Part shown: piece after piece, positions 22,099 through 32,329 of the stretch
How the letters are laid out: each line of letters begins with the position of its first letter
Numbering within the stretch: the stretch's first letter is position 1
Assembly (NCBI GenBank): GCA_963665775.2
Contig: CAXXTF010000002.1
Span: forward strand, 352,001-416,000
Origin: Dehalococcoidia bacterium
GTDB lineage: Bacteria > Chloroflexota > Dehalococcoidia > SM23-28-2 > RBG-16-64-32
DNA: 64,000 nt
Reading direction: 5' to 3'
Position numbers and translations under genes: made by a program
The notes under the pieces: model-generated
Database searches by the model: none
What the model was told of the DNA's origin: nothing
Seen by the model: only the letters and a program-made list of their open reading frames with translations

Positions 22099-22683
22099 AT
22101 GCCTAATCTGACGTTGGATAGGAATACGACCGCCGTAATAGCGAGCGAGCTGAGCAAGCAGAACGTGGCGAATAGACAGACCGCTCAGGAGCGGAACATC
22201 ATCGGGAACGCGAGGAGAGTGATGGATGCCGCGAGGGCCGCCGGCATCCCCGTAATCCACGTGACGGTTGGCCTCCGCGAGGGCTATCCCGAGGTCAACG
22301 AACGGAACAAGCTGTTCGCCATGATCAAGGATAGGGGCATCCTGAGAGCCGGCAGCGAGGAGATGGAGATCCATGACGGAGTGAAGGCGGCCCCTGACGA
22401 AATCGTGATCAACAAGACAAGAGTCAGCCCCTTCTATGGCACGGAGCTAGAGTCCGTCCTCCGAGCCAGAAACGTAGACACTGTGGTCATCATGGGCATC
22501 GAGACGAACTTCAGTGTGGAGGCGGCAGTCCGTTACGCCGCCGACGCCGATTATCGGGTCATTCTTCTGGAGGACTGCTGCGCCGCCCAACGGCAGGAGG
22601 ATCACGACTGGACTGTTCAGAGCATCCTCTCGCGGCTGGCGGATGTGGCCTCCTCGGAGGACTTCGTGGCCAGTCTTTCGTAG
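22099..22683 (+). CDS. Isochorismatase/cysteine hydrolase family protein
   Basis: ARAAGIPVIHV, INKTRVSPFYGTELE..LR, GIETNFSVE, Y.V..LEDCC; the usual Asp/Cys catalytic residues appear as Glu/Ser. Confidence 0.85.
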   Translation: MPNLTLDRNTTAVIASELSKQNVANRQTAQERNIIGNARRVMDAARAAGIPVIHVTVGLREGYPEVNERNKLFAMIKDRGILRAGSEEMEIHDGVKAAPDEIVINKTRVSPFYGTELESVLRARNVDTVVIMGIETNFSVEAAVRYAADADYRVILLEDCCAAQRQEDHDWTVQSILSRLADVASSEDFVASLS

Positions 22684-22910
22684 CTGGATAGTGGATGAAG
22701 CGGAGACAGTACGGGCCGCGAGGCAACCGCGCTTACACCTTCAGACGGCGTTCTCGAAGGGTAGATCAAAACCCGTCCTGGTCTGAGGGTCGCAGGACTC
22801 TCGCCTATCCGATTGGCTCAGTGCGATGCCGCAGCCGGTGATATCGAGCTAGAACGACCCTACAGCGGCTACATACGCAGCGCTGGCCTCGTGACCAGGG
22901 AGGTGTAACG

Positions 22911-24554
22911 GTGGCAACCGTACCACAGCATTGGGAGCTGGAAGTCGACTTCGTCTCGATAGGTTCGGGCATCGGTGGCTTGACCGGGGCCATCGTCGCC
23001 CACGACGAGGGGCAACAGGTAGCTATCTTGGAGAAGACCGACAAGGTTGGTGGCGTGACCGCTTATTCCGGAGGCGACGTCTGGGTCGGCAACAACCATC
23101 TAGAGAAGGAACAAGGCATCGAGGATTCCGATAACAATGTCCAAGAGTACCTCAAGTTCTTGAGCGGTGGGGAATATGAAGAGGAAAATCTTACGGCCTT
23201 CATCGCTAATGCTCCTCTCGCTCTGAAGCACCTGATGGAACGGGCCGGCGTCCGCTTCGCGATCTCCAAGAGCATGAGCGACTACTACAGCGCCCGCGCG
23301 CCCGGAGGATTACGGGTAGGGCATCACCTTCACGTGGAGCCCTTCCCGGGGACCACGCTGGGTGAGTGGCAGCACAAGACAAGGACATCTCCTCACATAC
23401 CCCCCGGTGTCACCGCTGATGAGATGGCCAGCTGGGGATCGTTGGACAAATGGGATCAGGAGTTGCTGGCGAAGCGAATTGCCGAGGACATGCGGACTTC
23501 CGGCCCTGGCCTTGCGGCTTACCTGGTGAAGGCGGCCCTGGTGGACCGGGAGATCCCCTGTTACACAGGAACCCCTGCCGAGGAGTTTGTCACTCGAGAC
23601 GGCGTGGTTATGGGGGTTCGAGCCAAACGGGAGGGCAACGACTTTTTCCTGCGGGCCCGCAGGGGTGTCCTCATCGCCACCAGCGCCTACGATTACAACC
23701 AGAAACTGGTCGGGCTCTACGATCGGGCGCCTGAGTGGAATGCCGCGACCTTTCCCGGACTGACCGGCGACGGCCTCATCATGGGTACGGAGATCGGTGC
23801 GGCAGTGGGGGTTAGCGCTATCGATCATCTGCTGGCCAGTGTCCATGTATCGGGTGAAACCCATGAAGGCGTCCCTCTTTATAGATTCCTTCTGGGAGGA
23901 AATCCCGGCGATATTCTGGTTAATCGCGAGGGCAACCGTTTCACTGATGAGTCCTTCTACCGTGCTGTGGCCCAGGCCGCTCTGGAGTTTGACGCACGCA
24001 CAGAGAGATTCAAGAACTTCCCCTTCTACCTTATCTTTGACCGGGACCACAGGGAGAAGTTCCCTGTTGGCGGCGTGCTCCCTGGTCAACCCCTGCCGGA
24101 AGGGCTGGGAGCTCAGGCCGAGACCCTAGGGGACCTGGCCGAGAAGCTCGGCATCGACCCCAACGGCCTTGAGGAGACGGTAGCCCGCTTCAACGGGTTC
24201 GCTCGTCAGGGGAGAGATCTGGACTTTCACAGGGGGGAGTTATCGATGGCGGAGGAGGAGATCGGCGTGAAGCCCAGCCGAGGCCTGGGGCCTCTCGAGC
24301 GGCCGCCCTTCTACGGCATTCGACTCACGTTCGCTGCCGTAGGGGTAGGTAACGCGGGCCTGATGATCGACGGCAACGCCCGGGTGCTTCGTGCCCGGGG
24401 GGACGCCATTCCCGGTCTTTACGCTGCCGGCAACGCCGCCGCCCACCTGGAAACGAAACGAGGGTATGAGAACGGCCTCTCCAATGCCCGGGGGATGACC
24501 CATGGTTTCCTGGCGGCCCGGCATGCGGCCCGGCAGCCAGCGCGAGACCGCTGA
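22911..24554 (+). CDS. FAD-dependent oxidoreductase, 3-ketosteroid delta1-dehydrogenase-like (FAD_binding_2)
   Basis: IGSGIGG, EKTDKVGG.TAYSGG.VW, ARRGVLIAT, G.D.DF.RG, IPGLYAAGN. Confidence 0.8.
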   Translation: MATVPQHWELEVDFVSIGSGIGGLTGAIVAHDEGQQVAILEKTDKVGGVTAYSGGDVWVGNNHLEKEQGIEDSDNNVQEYLKFLSGGEYEEENLTAFIANAPLALKHLMERAGVRFAISKSMSDYYSARAPGGLRVGHHLHVEPFPGTTLGEWQHKTRTSPHIPPGVTADEMASWGSLDKWDQELLAKRIAEDMRTSGPGLAAYLVKAALVDREIPCYTGTPAEEFVTRDGVVMGVRAKREGNDFFLRARRGVLIATSAYDYNQKLVGLYDRAPEWNAATFPGLTGDGLIMGTEIGAAVGVSAIDHLLASVHVSGETHEGVPLYRFLLGGNPGDILVNREGNRFTDESFYRAVAQAALEFDARTERFKNFPFYLIFDRDHREKFPVGGVLPGQPLPEGLGAQAETLGDLAEKLGIDPNGLEETVARFNGFARQGRDLDFHRGELSMAEEEIGVKPSRGLGPLERPPFYGIRLTFAAVGVGNAGLMIDGNARVLRARGDAIPGLYAAGNAAAHLETKRGYENGLSNARGMTHGFLAARHAARQPARDR

Positions 24555-24660
24555 CGGCCTCTGTGATCTCTTCGTCACCCTTACGCGGGTGCACCAGTCG
24601 TAATTGCCCAGCTCGTTAACCTGCTCTTCCCACTTCAGCGGGATCAAGCCGGCGTAGCTG

Positions 24661-24828
24661 ATGCCCTTCTCAGGCATAGGGCTGGTGGAAGGCGACGCAT
24701 TCTGCTGTCCGGGTTGCGCGGAGGGCGGGCCCTGCAGCTGTACCTACGAGGGCGATCAGGCCCGCTACCCCCACAACGGCCACGGCGAACTGATGCTGGC
24801 CTTGGAGCGGCTTGAGGACGGGTTATGA
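24661..24828 (+). CDS. Small Cys-rich, metallothionein-like peptide (55 aa, perhaps 5'-truncated)
   Basis: FCCPGCAEGGPCSCTY motif; below the ORF-track length cutoff. Confidence 0.45.
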   Translation: MPFSGIGLVEGDAFCCPGCAEGGPCSCTYEGDQARYPHNGHGELMLALERLEDGL

Positions 24829-25079
24829 CGGGATCTCTAAAGGAAGCGGATGGCGCAGGACCGCGAATCCTCGAGCTTTTGGCCTGGGAACACGGGATTT
24901 GGGGTGCGCCACTAGCCAGCAGGTATGAGCGGCTGGTACAATCCGAAATTGATTGCAATTTTCGTGGTACCGAGTGTCGGCGTTAGGGGGGCGCGAAGGG
25001 CGACCTGAGCGATCAACCTCTACGAGACGTGAAGAAAGGATGGATCCTTGAGACGGTTCCTGAACAGACTTGGCCTTAG

Positions 25080-26783
25080 CCCGAATCCACCGAAGGACAC
25101 GGATGGACGGCGTGAGGACAGCGGAAGGGGGTGGGTGAGGGAGCTACAGGGGAGATGGCCTGGGGTCTTGGGGTAGATGGGAGGCCGGCGGACGGTCTTC
25201 AGTCGCCGCACAGGGCCCCTAAGGCCCTATGCGGGAGTTGCGATGCGCGGGATGGCGAGAGGATACGCAGCAGGGGACTCTCGCGACCGGGGTGGCGCGA
25301 GATTGCGGGGACGTTGGGTCAGTTGCAGGCTGGCCGTCAGGCCGGGAATGGAATGGCTTGCAGCCGGGCCAAGGCGCGACTGAACTGGGTTTCCCAAGGC
25401 CAGCGCCGGGGGAGATGCAAAGTGAGGCGGCGCGCCGAGCGGGTGATCCGTCCCACGAGAGCGAAGACCCGCCGCCTGAGGGTCTTGGTGGTCACGATCT
25501 GCTGACCCAGGCCGATGCGGGCTGTCCAGCGGGCCAGGTTATGCGCCATCACCTGGCCCGCCAGCCAGGCGCCGTTGGCGGCGAAGCGCCCCGACGGCAT
25601 GTGGTTCAGCCCGACGCCGTACTTGAGGTCGCGTATGGCGTTCTCGACCTCGGCGTGGCGGCGATGATCGGCCTCCAGTTCCAGCGTCTCCCCATCGCGG
25701 TCGGTGATGAAGGCGTGATAGCTGTATCTGGCGAAGAGGGCGAGCTGGGAACCGGGCGTCGGCTTCACCCGCCGGACAATGAGCCGCACCGGCGCGGCGT
25801 CCGGCTTGGTCTGGAACGGGGTGTAAGTCGTCTCGGCGACATCGGCGGCGCCGTCCATCCAGTAGGGAATGGGAGTCCAGTCCTCCTCTGGTATCGCCTC
25901 GATCAGGTCCCGCAGGCTGGCGCGCTGGCGGATGGTGATAGAGAAGCGGACATCCATTTCCCGGCAGGCGGCAACGACAGTGTGGGCGTAGAAGCCGCTG
26001 TCGGCCCGCACCGTGAGTTGTCCCCTGGCCCCGCCGTAGCGCACCCGCCCCACCGTCTCACGCAGGAAGTGGGCGGCGCCACGGGCGGTGTTGGCCCGGC
26101 CCTCGCGCAGCCGGGACATCAGCACCTCGCCGGTGCCGGCGGCAATGGCCAGCAGCGGGTGATAGCCGCGGGCGCCGGTATAGCCGTGGTGGCGCGCTCC
26201 CTCCTTGGCCAGTCCATAGGTCTCGCAGATGGTCGAGTCCAGGTCGATGGTCAGGGGCGAGTCGCCGGGTCCGGCCCCAGCGGCCCAGGCCCGGGCCAAC
26301 AACTGGCGGCTCACGCGGTCGAGTTGACGGACATGCCCCCACCGGAAGCTGCGCAGGAAGGTCCCCAGGGTGGATGGCGCCTTGACCACGCAGCCTAGAA
26401 CACCGACCGTCCCACCAGCGCGCAGCGCATCGGCGTCGTCGATGCAGTCGCCGCCTGCCAGCGCGGAAGCGACCAGCGTCAGCATCTTGTCCCCAGTGTT
26501 CGCCCGTCCCGGCGCTCCGCCGAGGTCAAGGTGATGGTCGACGAGTTCCCGCAGGCCCAGGTGCCGGGCTAGGGTGGCTGGCAGGAGCAGGCCGGCATTG
26601 GCCACCAGGCGATGGTCGTCAAAGAGGATGCGGATACGGTCGGGTTTGTTCTGTGGCAGCATCTATTGGGTGCTCCTTGTTTCCGGGCTGGTTTCTGTTC
26701 CAAAACCATTATCCCAGATTCAGAGGAGCACCCGATGGCTTCTTCAAGGACTGTCCCCAAGGCCGTCCTTCGGTGGATTCGGG
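25080..26783 (-). mobile_element. IS1380-family insertion sequence (about 1.7 kb)
   Basis: IRs CCCGAATCCACCGAAGGAC; flanks CTTAG and CTAAG. Confidence 0.9.
25337..26662 (-). CDS. IS1380-family transposase
   Basis: APSTLGTFLRSF, IDLDST, GYHPL, VRADSGF, HRRHA.VENAIRDLK, PSGRFAAN.AW. Confidence 0.92.
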   Translation of the reverse strand: MLPQNKPDRIRILFDDHRLVANAGLLLPATLARHLGLRELVDHHLDLGGAPGRANTGDKMLTLVASALAGGDCIDDADALRAGGTVGVLGCVVKAPSTLGTFLRSFRWGHVRQLDRVSRQLLARAWAAGAGPGDSPLTIDLDSTICETYGLAKEGARHHGYTGARGYHPLLAIAAGTGEVLMSRLREGRANTARGAAHFLRETVGRVRYGGARGQLTVRADSGFYAHTVVAACREMDVRFSITIRQRASLRDLIEAIPEEDWTPIPYWMDGAADVAETTYTPFQTKPDAAPVRLIVRRVKPTPGSQLALFARYSYHAFITDRDGETLELEADHRRHAEVENAIRDLKYGVGLNHMPSGRFAANGAWLAGQVMAHNLARWTARIGLGQQIVTTKTLRRRVFALVGRITRSARRLTLHLPRRWPWETQFSRALARLQAIPFPA

Positions 26784-27583
26784 CTAAGGCAAAAATCTTT
26801 CTTGGTAGCTGGCGGCCAGGCGAGAAGCACGTGGTCGAGCTGCCGTTGACTTGCCGGAGAACACCGCAGGCAGAGATTCGAAGTAGGATTCTCCGCGGGC
26901 TTCATCGCCTATACGAAGGTGGATTCAAAGAGGAGAACTGCCAATTCGATCTGGCGGGGATCGGATTTGAACTCGGTGTAACCGAAGACCTTGTGATACG
27001 GGCAGTCAACTTTCTCTATGGCCAGGGCTTGCTCGACGATGGTGGAGCGATCAGCCTACCCAGAAGGTGGGGAGAGTTCACGTGGACGCCGCAGGGGATC
27101 CAACATGTCGAAGCCGAATTGGTTCCTGTGGAGACATTTCTGCAGGAATTATACGGTTCTACACTGGGCAATCTCGCATCCCTGGATTCAAATCTGGAGT
27201 CCAGCCTGATCCACCTACGAGAATGTGCGGGATCAATTGGGACCGCACGAGAGGATCTCGTCGGGTTTGCCTCTATGGTCAGAGAATTCATCGAGCGACT
27301 CACTGATCACCTCTATGGGTTAACGGGCAACGCCGAGTCGATAGCCAAGAGCCGGACCATTAATAAGGTGAAGGCCATCACGGCGTCGGCTTCAGCGGCG
27401 TCAACGAGTGGTGGAGCGCACGTTCAAGCTCTCGCTGAGGTCGTTGACACGCACTGGCGCAGGCTGAATGACGTTCAGCAGAAAGGAGTTCACTCAGGAA
27501 CCGTGGAATCGCAGCGACTCTTTGCTTACACACTGCTATTTGTAGCTGACTTGATGGATGTTTGGGGATCGAAGGACCGGTAG
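26784..27583 (+). pseudogene. 3' part of a hypothetical gene interrupted by IS1380 (5' part at about 24825-25079)
   Basis: Left frame ...ETVPEQTWP joins KAKIFLGSW across the IS; lower GC than its surroundings. Confidence 0.55.
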
Positions 27584-27670
27584 CCCTATCTAGGGAACAT
27601 AACTGCACGCAAGCTGTTAGCGTCCCCAGATACGAATACCCGGCTTCGCAGGCAATGATTTGGGGCCTAT

Positions 27671-27714
<44 letters not shown>

Positions 27715-27954
27715 CACATTTCGGCTAAGGGCACCGGCTAGTTGCAAACGAAATTGCAAACGAACGGTTTGCAACTGCCCGTCACCGGGCATCATGAGCG
27801 GCCAACCCCAGGCCAAAGTTCAGATACGAAATGTGGCTGAACAGGATCACCCGACACACTCCATCACGACAATGAAGGGACTCTCACTCCGCTCGCTGCC
27901 TCAGGCTAGACCCCCTGCTGGCTCGGCTGCGCGGAGGGCCCGTATAATTCACCC

Positions 27955-29148
27955 ATGCGGCTCCTCCGTCTACAGCTCTTCGACTATCGCAATTTCCACC
28001 GTCTGCATGTGGAGCTACCGCCGGGGCCGGCCGTGATTATCGGCGACAACGCTCAGGGAAAGACCAACCTCCTGGATGCCGTCTACCTGCTGGCCACCAT
28101 GCGTAGCCTGCACGTACAGACCGATGTTCAGCTCATCCGCCGCGAAGCTCTCGATGATGTCATGCCCGCCGCCCGCATCCTGGCCCATGTGGAGACCCTG
28201 GGAGGCCCTCTGAAAGTGGAGGTGGGCATCGCGGCGCGGGCGGGGCCCCAGGGTCCCATCGCCACCAAGGTAGCGCGGGTCAACGGCGTACCCAAACGTC
28301 TGTCTGACGCCGTGGGTCATCTCACAGCTGTCCTGTTCACCGCTGGTGATCTGAACCTCATCGGCGGCTCGCCGTCGCTGCGGCGACGACATCTAGACAT
28401 AATGATGGCACAGGTCGAGCCGCCGTATGCGGCCGCGTGGCAGCGTTTCGAGAAGGTACTTCTCCAGCGTAACCACCTGCTGAAGAGGATACGGGAGGGC
28501 CCGGGCCGGGCCGACGAGCTGTCTTTCTGGGATCAGGAGATATGTAGGGATGGGGGATTCATCTTCCAGCGCCGAGCCGTGGCCCTGGCTGAAATGGACC
28601 TGCTGGCCCACGAGGCTCACCTCGCTCTGGCCCCTGGTGAGGAGATGGCTCTGGTCTACCGTCCCCGGCTGGATATCGCCGCTTCGGAGCTGGCCAGCGG
28701 CGATCCGCAGGCGGCTGCCCAGGCCTATGCGATAGCGTTGAAGCGCGGCCTGTCCGGCGACATCGCCGCCGGCATGACCCTCCAGGGGCCTCATCGCGAT
28801 GATGTGATCTTCACGCTCGACGGCCTTCCGGCTGCGGGCTACGCCTCCCGCGCTCAGCAGCGCAGCATCGCCCTGTCTCTGCGGCTGGCGGAGGCCCGCT
28901 TCCTCCTGGCCCGCCGCGGCGAGCCTCCCGTCCTCCTCCTGGACGATGTCCTGTCCGAGATGGATGCCAGCCGTCGTCGCTCTGTGCTGGCTGCGGTGGC
29001 AGACTACGAGCAGATGCTAGTCACTAGTACCGACCTGGATCGGTTCCCGCCTGAGTTCCTGTCCCCTGCCTCCCTGTTCTCCGTAGAGGCGGGCTCGATT
29101 CAGCCCTGGGCCGGCGAGGCGGCTAGCCGGAGAACAGCGGAGAGCTGA
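27955..29148 (+). CDS. recF: DNA replication/repair protein RecF
   Basis: YRNF, GDNAQGKTNLLDA, G.P..RR..LD, GPHRDD, S.AQQR, LLLDDVLSEMD. Confidence 0.96.
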   Translation: MRLLRLQLFDYRNFHRLHVELPPGPAVIIGDNAQGKTNLLDAVYLLATMRSLHVQTDVQLIRREALDDVMPAARILAHVETLGGPLKVEVGIAARAGPQGPIATKVARVNGVPKRLSDAVGHLTAVLFTAGDLNLIGGSPSLRRRHLDIMMAQVEPPYAAAWQRFEKVLLQRNHLLKRIREGPGRADELSFWDQEICRDGGFIFQRRAVALAEMDLLAHEAHLALAPGEEMALVYRPRLDIAASELASGDPQAAAQAYAIALKRGLSGDIAAGMTLQGPHRDDVIFTLDGLPAAGYASRAQQRSIALSLRLAEARFLLARRGEPPVLLLDDVLSEMDASRRRSVLAAVADYEQMLVTSTDLDRFPPEFLSPASLFSVEAGSIQPWAGEAASRRTAES

Positions 29149-30061
29149 GGCCGCGCGGGACCGCCACCCACACGGCTGCCGGCGCAACCGTCACCTCTGT
29201 GGCCGATTCCTCGATGGCTTCTCCGTCCAGCTGCACCGGTAGCGGCTCCTCCCAGGCCAGCTCCAGTCGCCGTACCCGTCTGTACCGCACTCGCCTCGAG
29301 CGGCGATGCTGACGCAGCATGGTTCTCGCCGCCTGCATGATGATGTCCGCCGTGCCGCGCCCCTCATAGACGCATACGTCCAGCAGACCGTCGTCCACGC
29401 GGGCCTCCGGTGTTACCTCCACGAGACCCGCGTAGTTACGCGAGTTCCCCGCCACCAGCATCAATAGGTCAGCCCTCTGCTCCTCTCCGTCCAGGCGCAG
29501 GGTCACGGGCGTACTCCGGTACCTCAACGACTCCCTCACCGCGGTAATCGCGTAGGCGGCCGCCCCTAGGCGGCGCTTTAGCGGCAGCGACACGTTGCCG
29601 GTGATGAGGCCGTCCAGGCCGTAGCCGGCCATCAGCAGGAAGTAGCGTTCACCGGCTCGCCCGAGGTCGATGTGCCTTCGCTCCCCCTCGATGCAGACGC
29701 GCACCGCGTCAACCGGTCGTCTGGGGATGCCCACCTCTCGCGCCCAGATGTTCGATGTGCCGCCGCGTATCGGTGCCAGGGCCGTCTCGCTCCCTGCCAG
29801 GCCGTTGGCCACTTCGCTTACCGTGCCGTCCCCGCCGCAAACGAAGAGCAGCGGCGTTCCCCTCTGCGCTACTCGTGCCGCCAACTCTGTGGCCTCTCTC
29901 GGCCGCGTGGTCTCCAGCCACTGGGTGCGCCATCCCTGCGCCTGAAGCCAGCGGTCGGCCTCGTCCAGCGACTCCCGCTTGGGCAGGTTGTGGGCTGCCG
30001 GATTGACGATGATGACGGTCTCGTGACGGGCATCGGATGGGTCCATGGCTGGCGAACTCAT
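29123..30061 (-). CDS. Diacylglycerol kinase family lipid kinase (YegS/DgkB-like)
   Basis: IIVNPAA, CGGDGTVSEVANG, GTSN..A, DDGLLDV, QLDGE. Confidence 0.9.
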   Translation of the reverse strand: MSSPAMDPSDARHETVIIVNPAAHNLPKRESLDEADRWLQAQGWRTQWLETTRPREATELAARVAQRGTPLLFVCGGDGTVSEVANGLAGSETALAPIRGGTSNIWAREVGIPRRPVDAVRVCIEGERRHIDLGRAGERYFLLMAGYGLDGLITGNVSLPLKRRLGAAAYAITAVRESLRYRSTPVTLRLDGEEQRADLLMLVAGNSRNYAGLVEVTPEARVDDGLLDVCVYEGRGTADIIMQAARTMLRQHRRSRRVRYRRVRRLELAWEEPLPVQLDGEAIEESATEVTVAPAAVWVAVPRGLSSPLFSG

Positions 30062-30216
30062 ATCAGGGTCATGCTAAGGGCCACCGATGGTGACTACAAG
30101 GGCGCCCAACCTGTATCATGGCTGGTGCCCGGAATGGGCCTCACCTGGTGTGAGCCGGTGCGATGCCTGCGACGGCGGTAGTAGTAGCGTTGTTGGCCCG
30201 ATAGGCGGCCAGCGGG

Positions 30217-32304
30217 CTAGGCGGCCTGGTGGCCCAGACGCTTGCGCTTCTGGGATACGTAGTCCACCAGGATGTACTGGCCCAGCCTTTCGGGCGTGGT
30301 GTAGAACACCCGGCCCTTGTTCATCCTAGCGATCTGATCGACGAACTCTTTCAGATAGTAGTTCCGGTCCAGCATGAAGGTGTTGATGACGATTCCCTTA
30401 CGTGTGCACCGTCGTACTTCCTTCAGGGTCTCTCGGATGGTGACAGGGCTGGGGGGGTAGGCGAAGTAGGAGCGGCCGTTCTCCAGGTGGGCTGTTGGTT
30501 CTCCATCAGAGATCATAATGATCTGGCGGGTGCTGGGGTTGTGGCGGGCCAGCAGCTTCTGGGCCAGCATGAGGGCGTGGTGCATGTTCGTCCCCAGGAC
30601 TGACTCATCCCAGCGGGCGTAGGGCAGCTCCTCCTGCCGCAGCTCCCGAGCGTAAGCGGCGAAGCCAATGATGTAGAGCTTGTCCTTGGGGAACTGGGTG
30701 CGGATCAGATTATTCAGGGCCAGGGCGACCTTCTTGGCGGCCTGAAAACTACCTCGCAGGGCCATCGACCAGGATAGGTCCAGCATTAGCACCGTCGCCG
30801 TTGTCGTGAGCGTCTCCGAGCGATAGACCTGGAAGTCGTCCTTCTCCAGGCGAACCGGCACTCTCGGTCCTTCCCGCACGACGGCGTTCATGATCGTCTC
30901 GCCTAGGTTCAGGTGGAAGGGGTCGCCGAACTCGTAATCCTTCGTCTCGTCGGCCCGCTCACCGCCAGCGCCTCGCTCCCGCAGGGGATGCTTGCCGTAG
31001 CTGGACTTCTTGAGCTGCGTGTATATCTCGCCCAGGGCTTTCTCCCCGATCTTGCGTACCCCTTTCGGTGTCAGCTCCCAGGAGCTGTCCTTTCGACGGA
31101 TGTAGCCGGCCTCCTCCAGGATCTCCAGGAAGTCTTTGAGCTGCTTCAGGGTTTCAGCCGCCTCTTCGCCAAGGAGCTGGCGCAGCTTCTCCTCGTCGAT
31201 CTCGTCCAGGTTGCCGCCGTACTGGGTGCGCTCCAGCTGCTTTCCCAGCTCGTCCAGCCCCTGCAGGTTGTCCATTACCTCCAACGCTTGTAGCAGGTCC
31301 AGCTCTTCGTCGCCGCGGAAGGGGTACTGACCGTGCTGCTCGCTATTGGGAGCCACGATGTCCAGGTTAATGGCCAGCTCCTGTAGCTCGCGCTGCAGCC
31401 CCGGGTCGCCTACTTTGTCCATCAGCAGGTCTTCTAGCTGGCGGCGCATCTCCGGCGGTAGGCTGTTCAGCAGACCTTGCATGGCGGCGATCCCCTGCTG
31501 CATCTGCTCCACGAGCTCTTCCAGGCTCTGGGGCGGGTTCGGCCCGAACATGTCGCCGTACTTCTGCATGAACCCCTGGAAGTCCGGCTGGTCGCCGGCC
31601 ATCTTCTCCGAGAGCATCTCGTTAATGTCTCGGATCATCTCTTTCATTCCGGCCATCTCTTCCGGGCTCATGTTGGCGATCTGCTGGTACATGTCCTTGA
31701 AGAAGGTGTCCATCATCGCCTTCTTCAGCATCTCCATGAGCTCCTGGAACTTGGCCGCCGCCTCTGGGTCCATGAACTCGTAGTTCTGGAGCTCCTTCAC
31801 CTGGCCGCCCACGTCTTCGGGAAGGTCCTCTAGGACACTCTTCTTCTTTTCCGTTATGCTCTTCAGCATCTCGGATAGCTGGCGCTCCTCTTCGGCCGTG
31901 CGTTGCTGGGTGGAAGGCTTCAACGCTTCCTCGAACGGCTGCAGGGGGTTCTTGGCGCCCTCCAGCACCTGGTTGGCCTCTTGCAGACGGCGGTCCAGGG
32001 TCTCGCGCTCCATCGACAGGACCTCATCGAGCCGCTTCTGGATGTCCTCGAAGGCGGCGCTCAGGTTATAGCGCTCCAGGGTCTCCCGCCGCTGCTGCCG
32101 GAGCTGCTGGAGCAGGTCACGCAGCCCCTCACGGCGCTGGCCCATGGGGTCGCGGAAACCGCGCTGCATCAGGTTTCGCAGGGCGTGCTGCAGGTCCCCG
32201 AAGTTCATCAGGTCATCGGTCAGATCGGCCAGCAGGTGATCCGGGTCCAGGGGGGGGATATCCTGCGTTCCGTCCCACTCAGAGTAGCGGTAGCGAAATG
32301 TCAT
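30217..32304 (-). CDS. VWA-domain protein, partner of the adjacent AAA ATPase
   Basis: YRYSEWDGTQ N-terminus; DLSWSM MIDAS motif, GTNMHHAL, ISDGEPTAH. Confidence 0.85.
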   Translation of the reverse strand: MTFRYRYSEWDGTQDIPPLDPDHLLADLTDDLMNFGDLQHALRNLMQRGFRDPMGQRREGLRDLLQQLRQQRRETLERYNLSAAFEDIQKRLDEVLSMERETLDRRLQEANQVLEGAKNPLQPFEEALKPSTQQRTAEEERQLSEMLKSITEKKKSVLEDLPEDVGGQVKELQNYEFMDPEAAAKFQELMEMLKKAMMDTFFKDMYQQIANMSPEEMAGMKEMIRDINEMLSEKMAGDQPDFQGFMQKYGDMFGPNPPQSLEELVEQMQQGIAAMQGLLNSLPPEMRRQLEDLLMDKVGDPGLQRELQELAINLDIVAPNSEQHGQYPFRGDEELDLLQALEVMDNLQGLDELGKQLERTQYGGNLDEIDEEKLRQLLGEEAAETLKQLKDFLEILEEAGYIRRKDSSWELTPKGVRKIGEKALGEIYTQLKKSSYGKHPLRERGAGGERADETKDYEFGDPFHLNLGETIMNAVVREGPRVPVRLEKDDFQVYRSETLTTTATVLMLDLSWSMALRGSFQAAKKVALALNNLIRTQFPKDKLYIIGFAAYARELRQEELPYARWDESVLGTNMHHALMLAQKLLARHNPSTRQIIMISDGEPTAHLENGRSYFAYPPSPVTIRETLKEVRRCTRKGIVINTFMLDRNYYLKEFVDQIARMNKGRVFYTTPERLGQYILVDYVSQKRKRLGHQAA

Positions 32305-32329
32305 GATAGCCCCTTATCTATTTCTAGTC

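Noticed and set aside
26612-26783. N-terminus of the 323-aa ORF
   Set aside because: It is read-through from inside the IS1380 end, not the native start.
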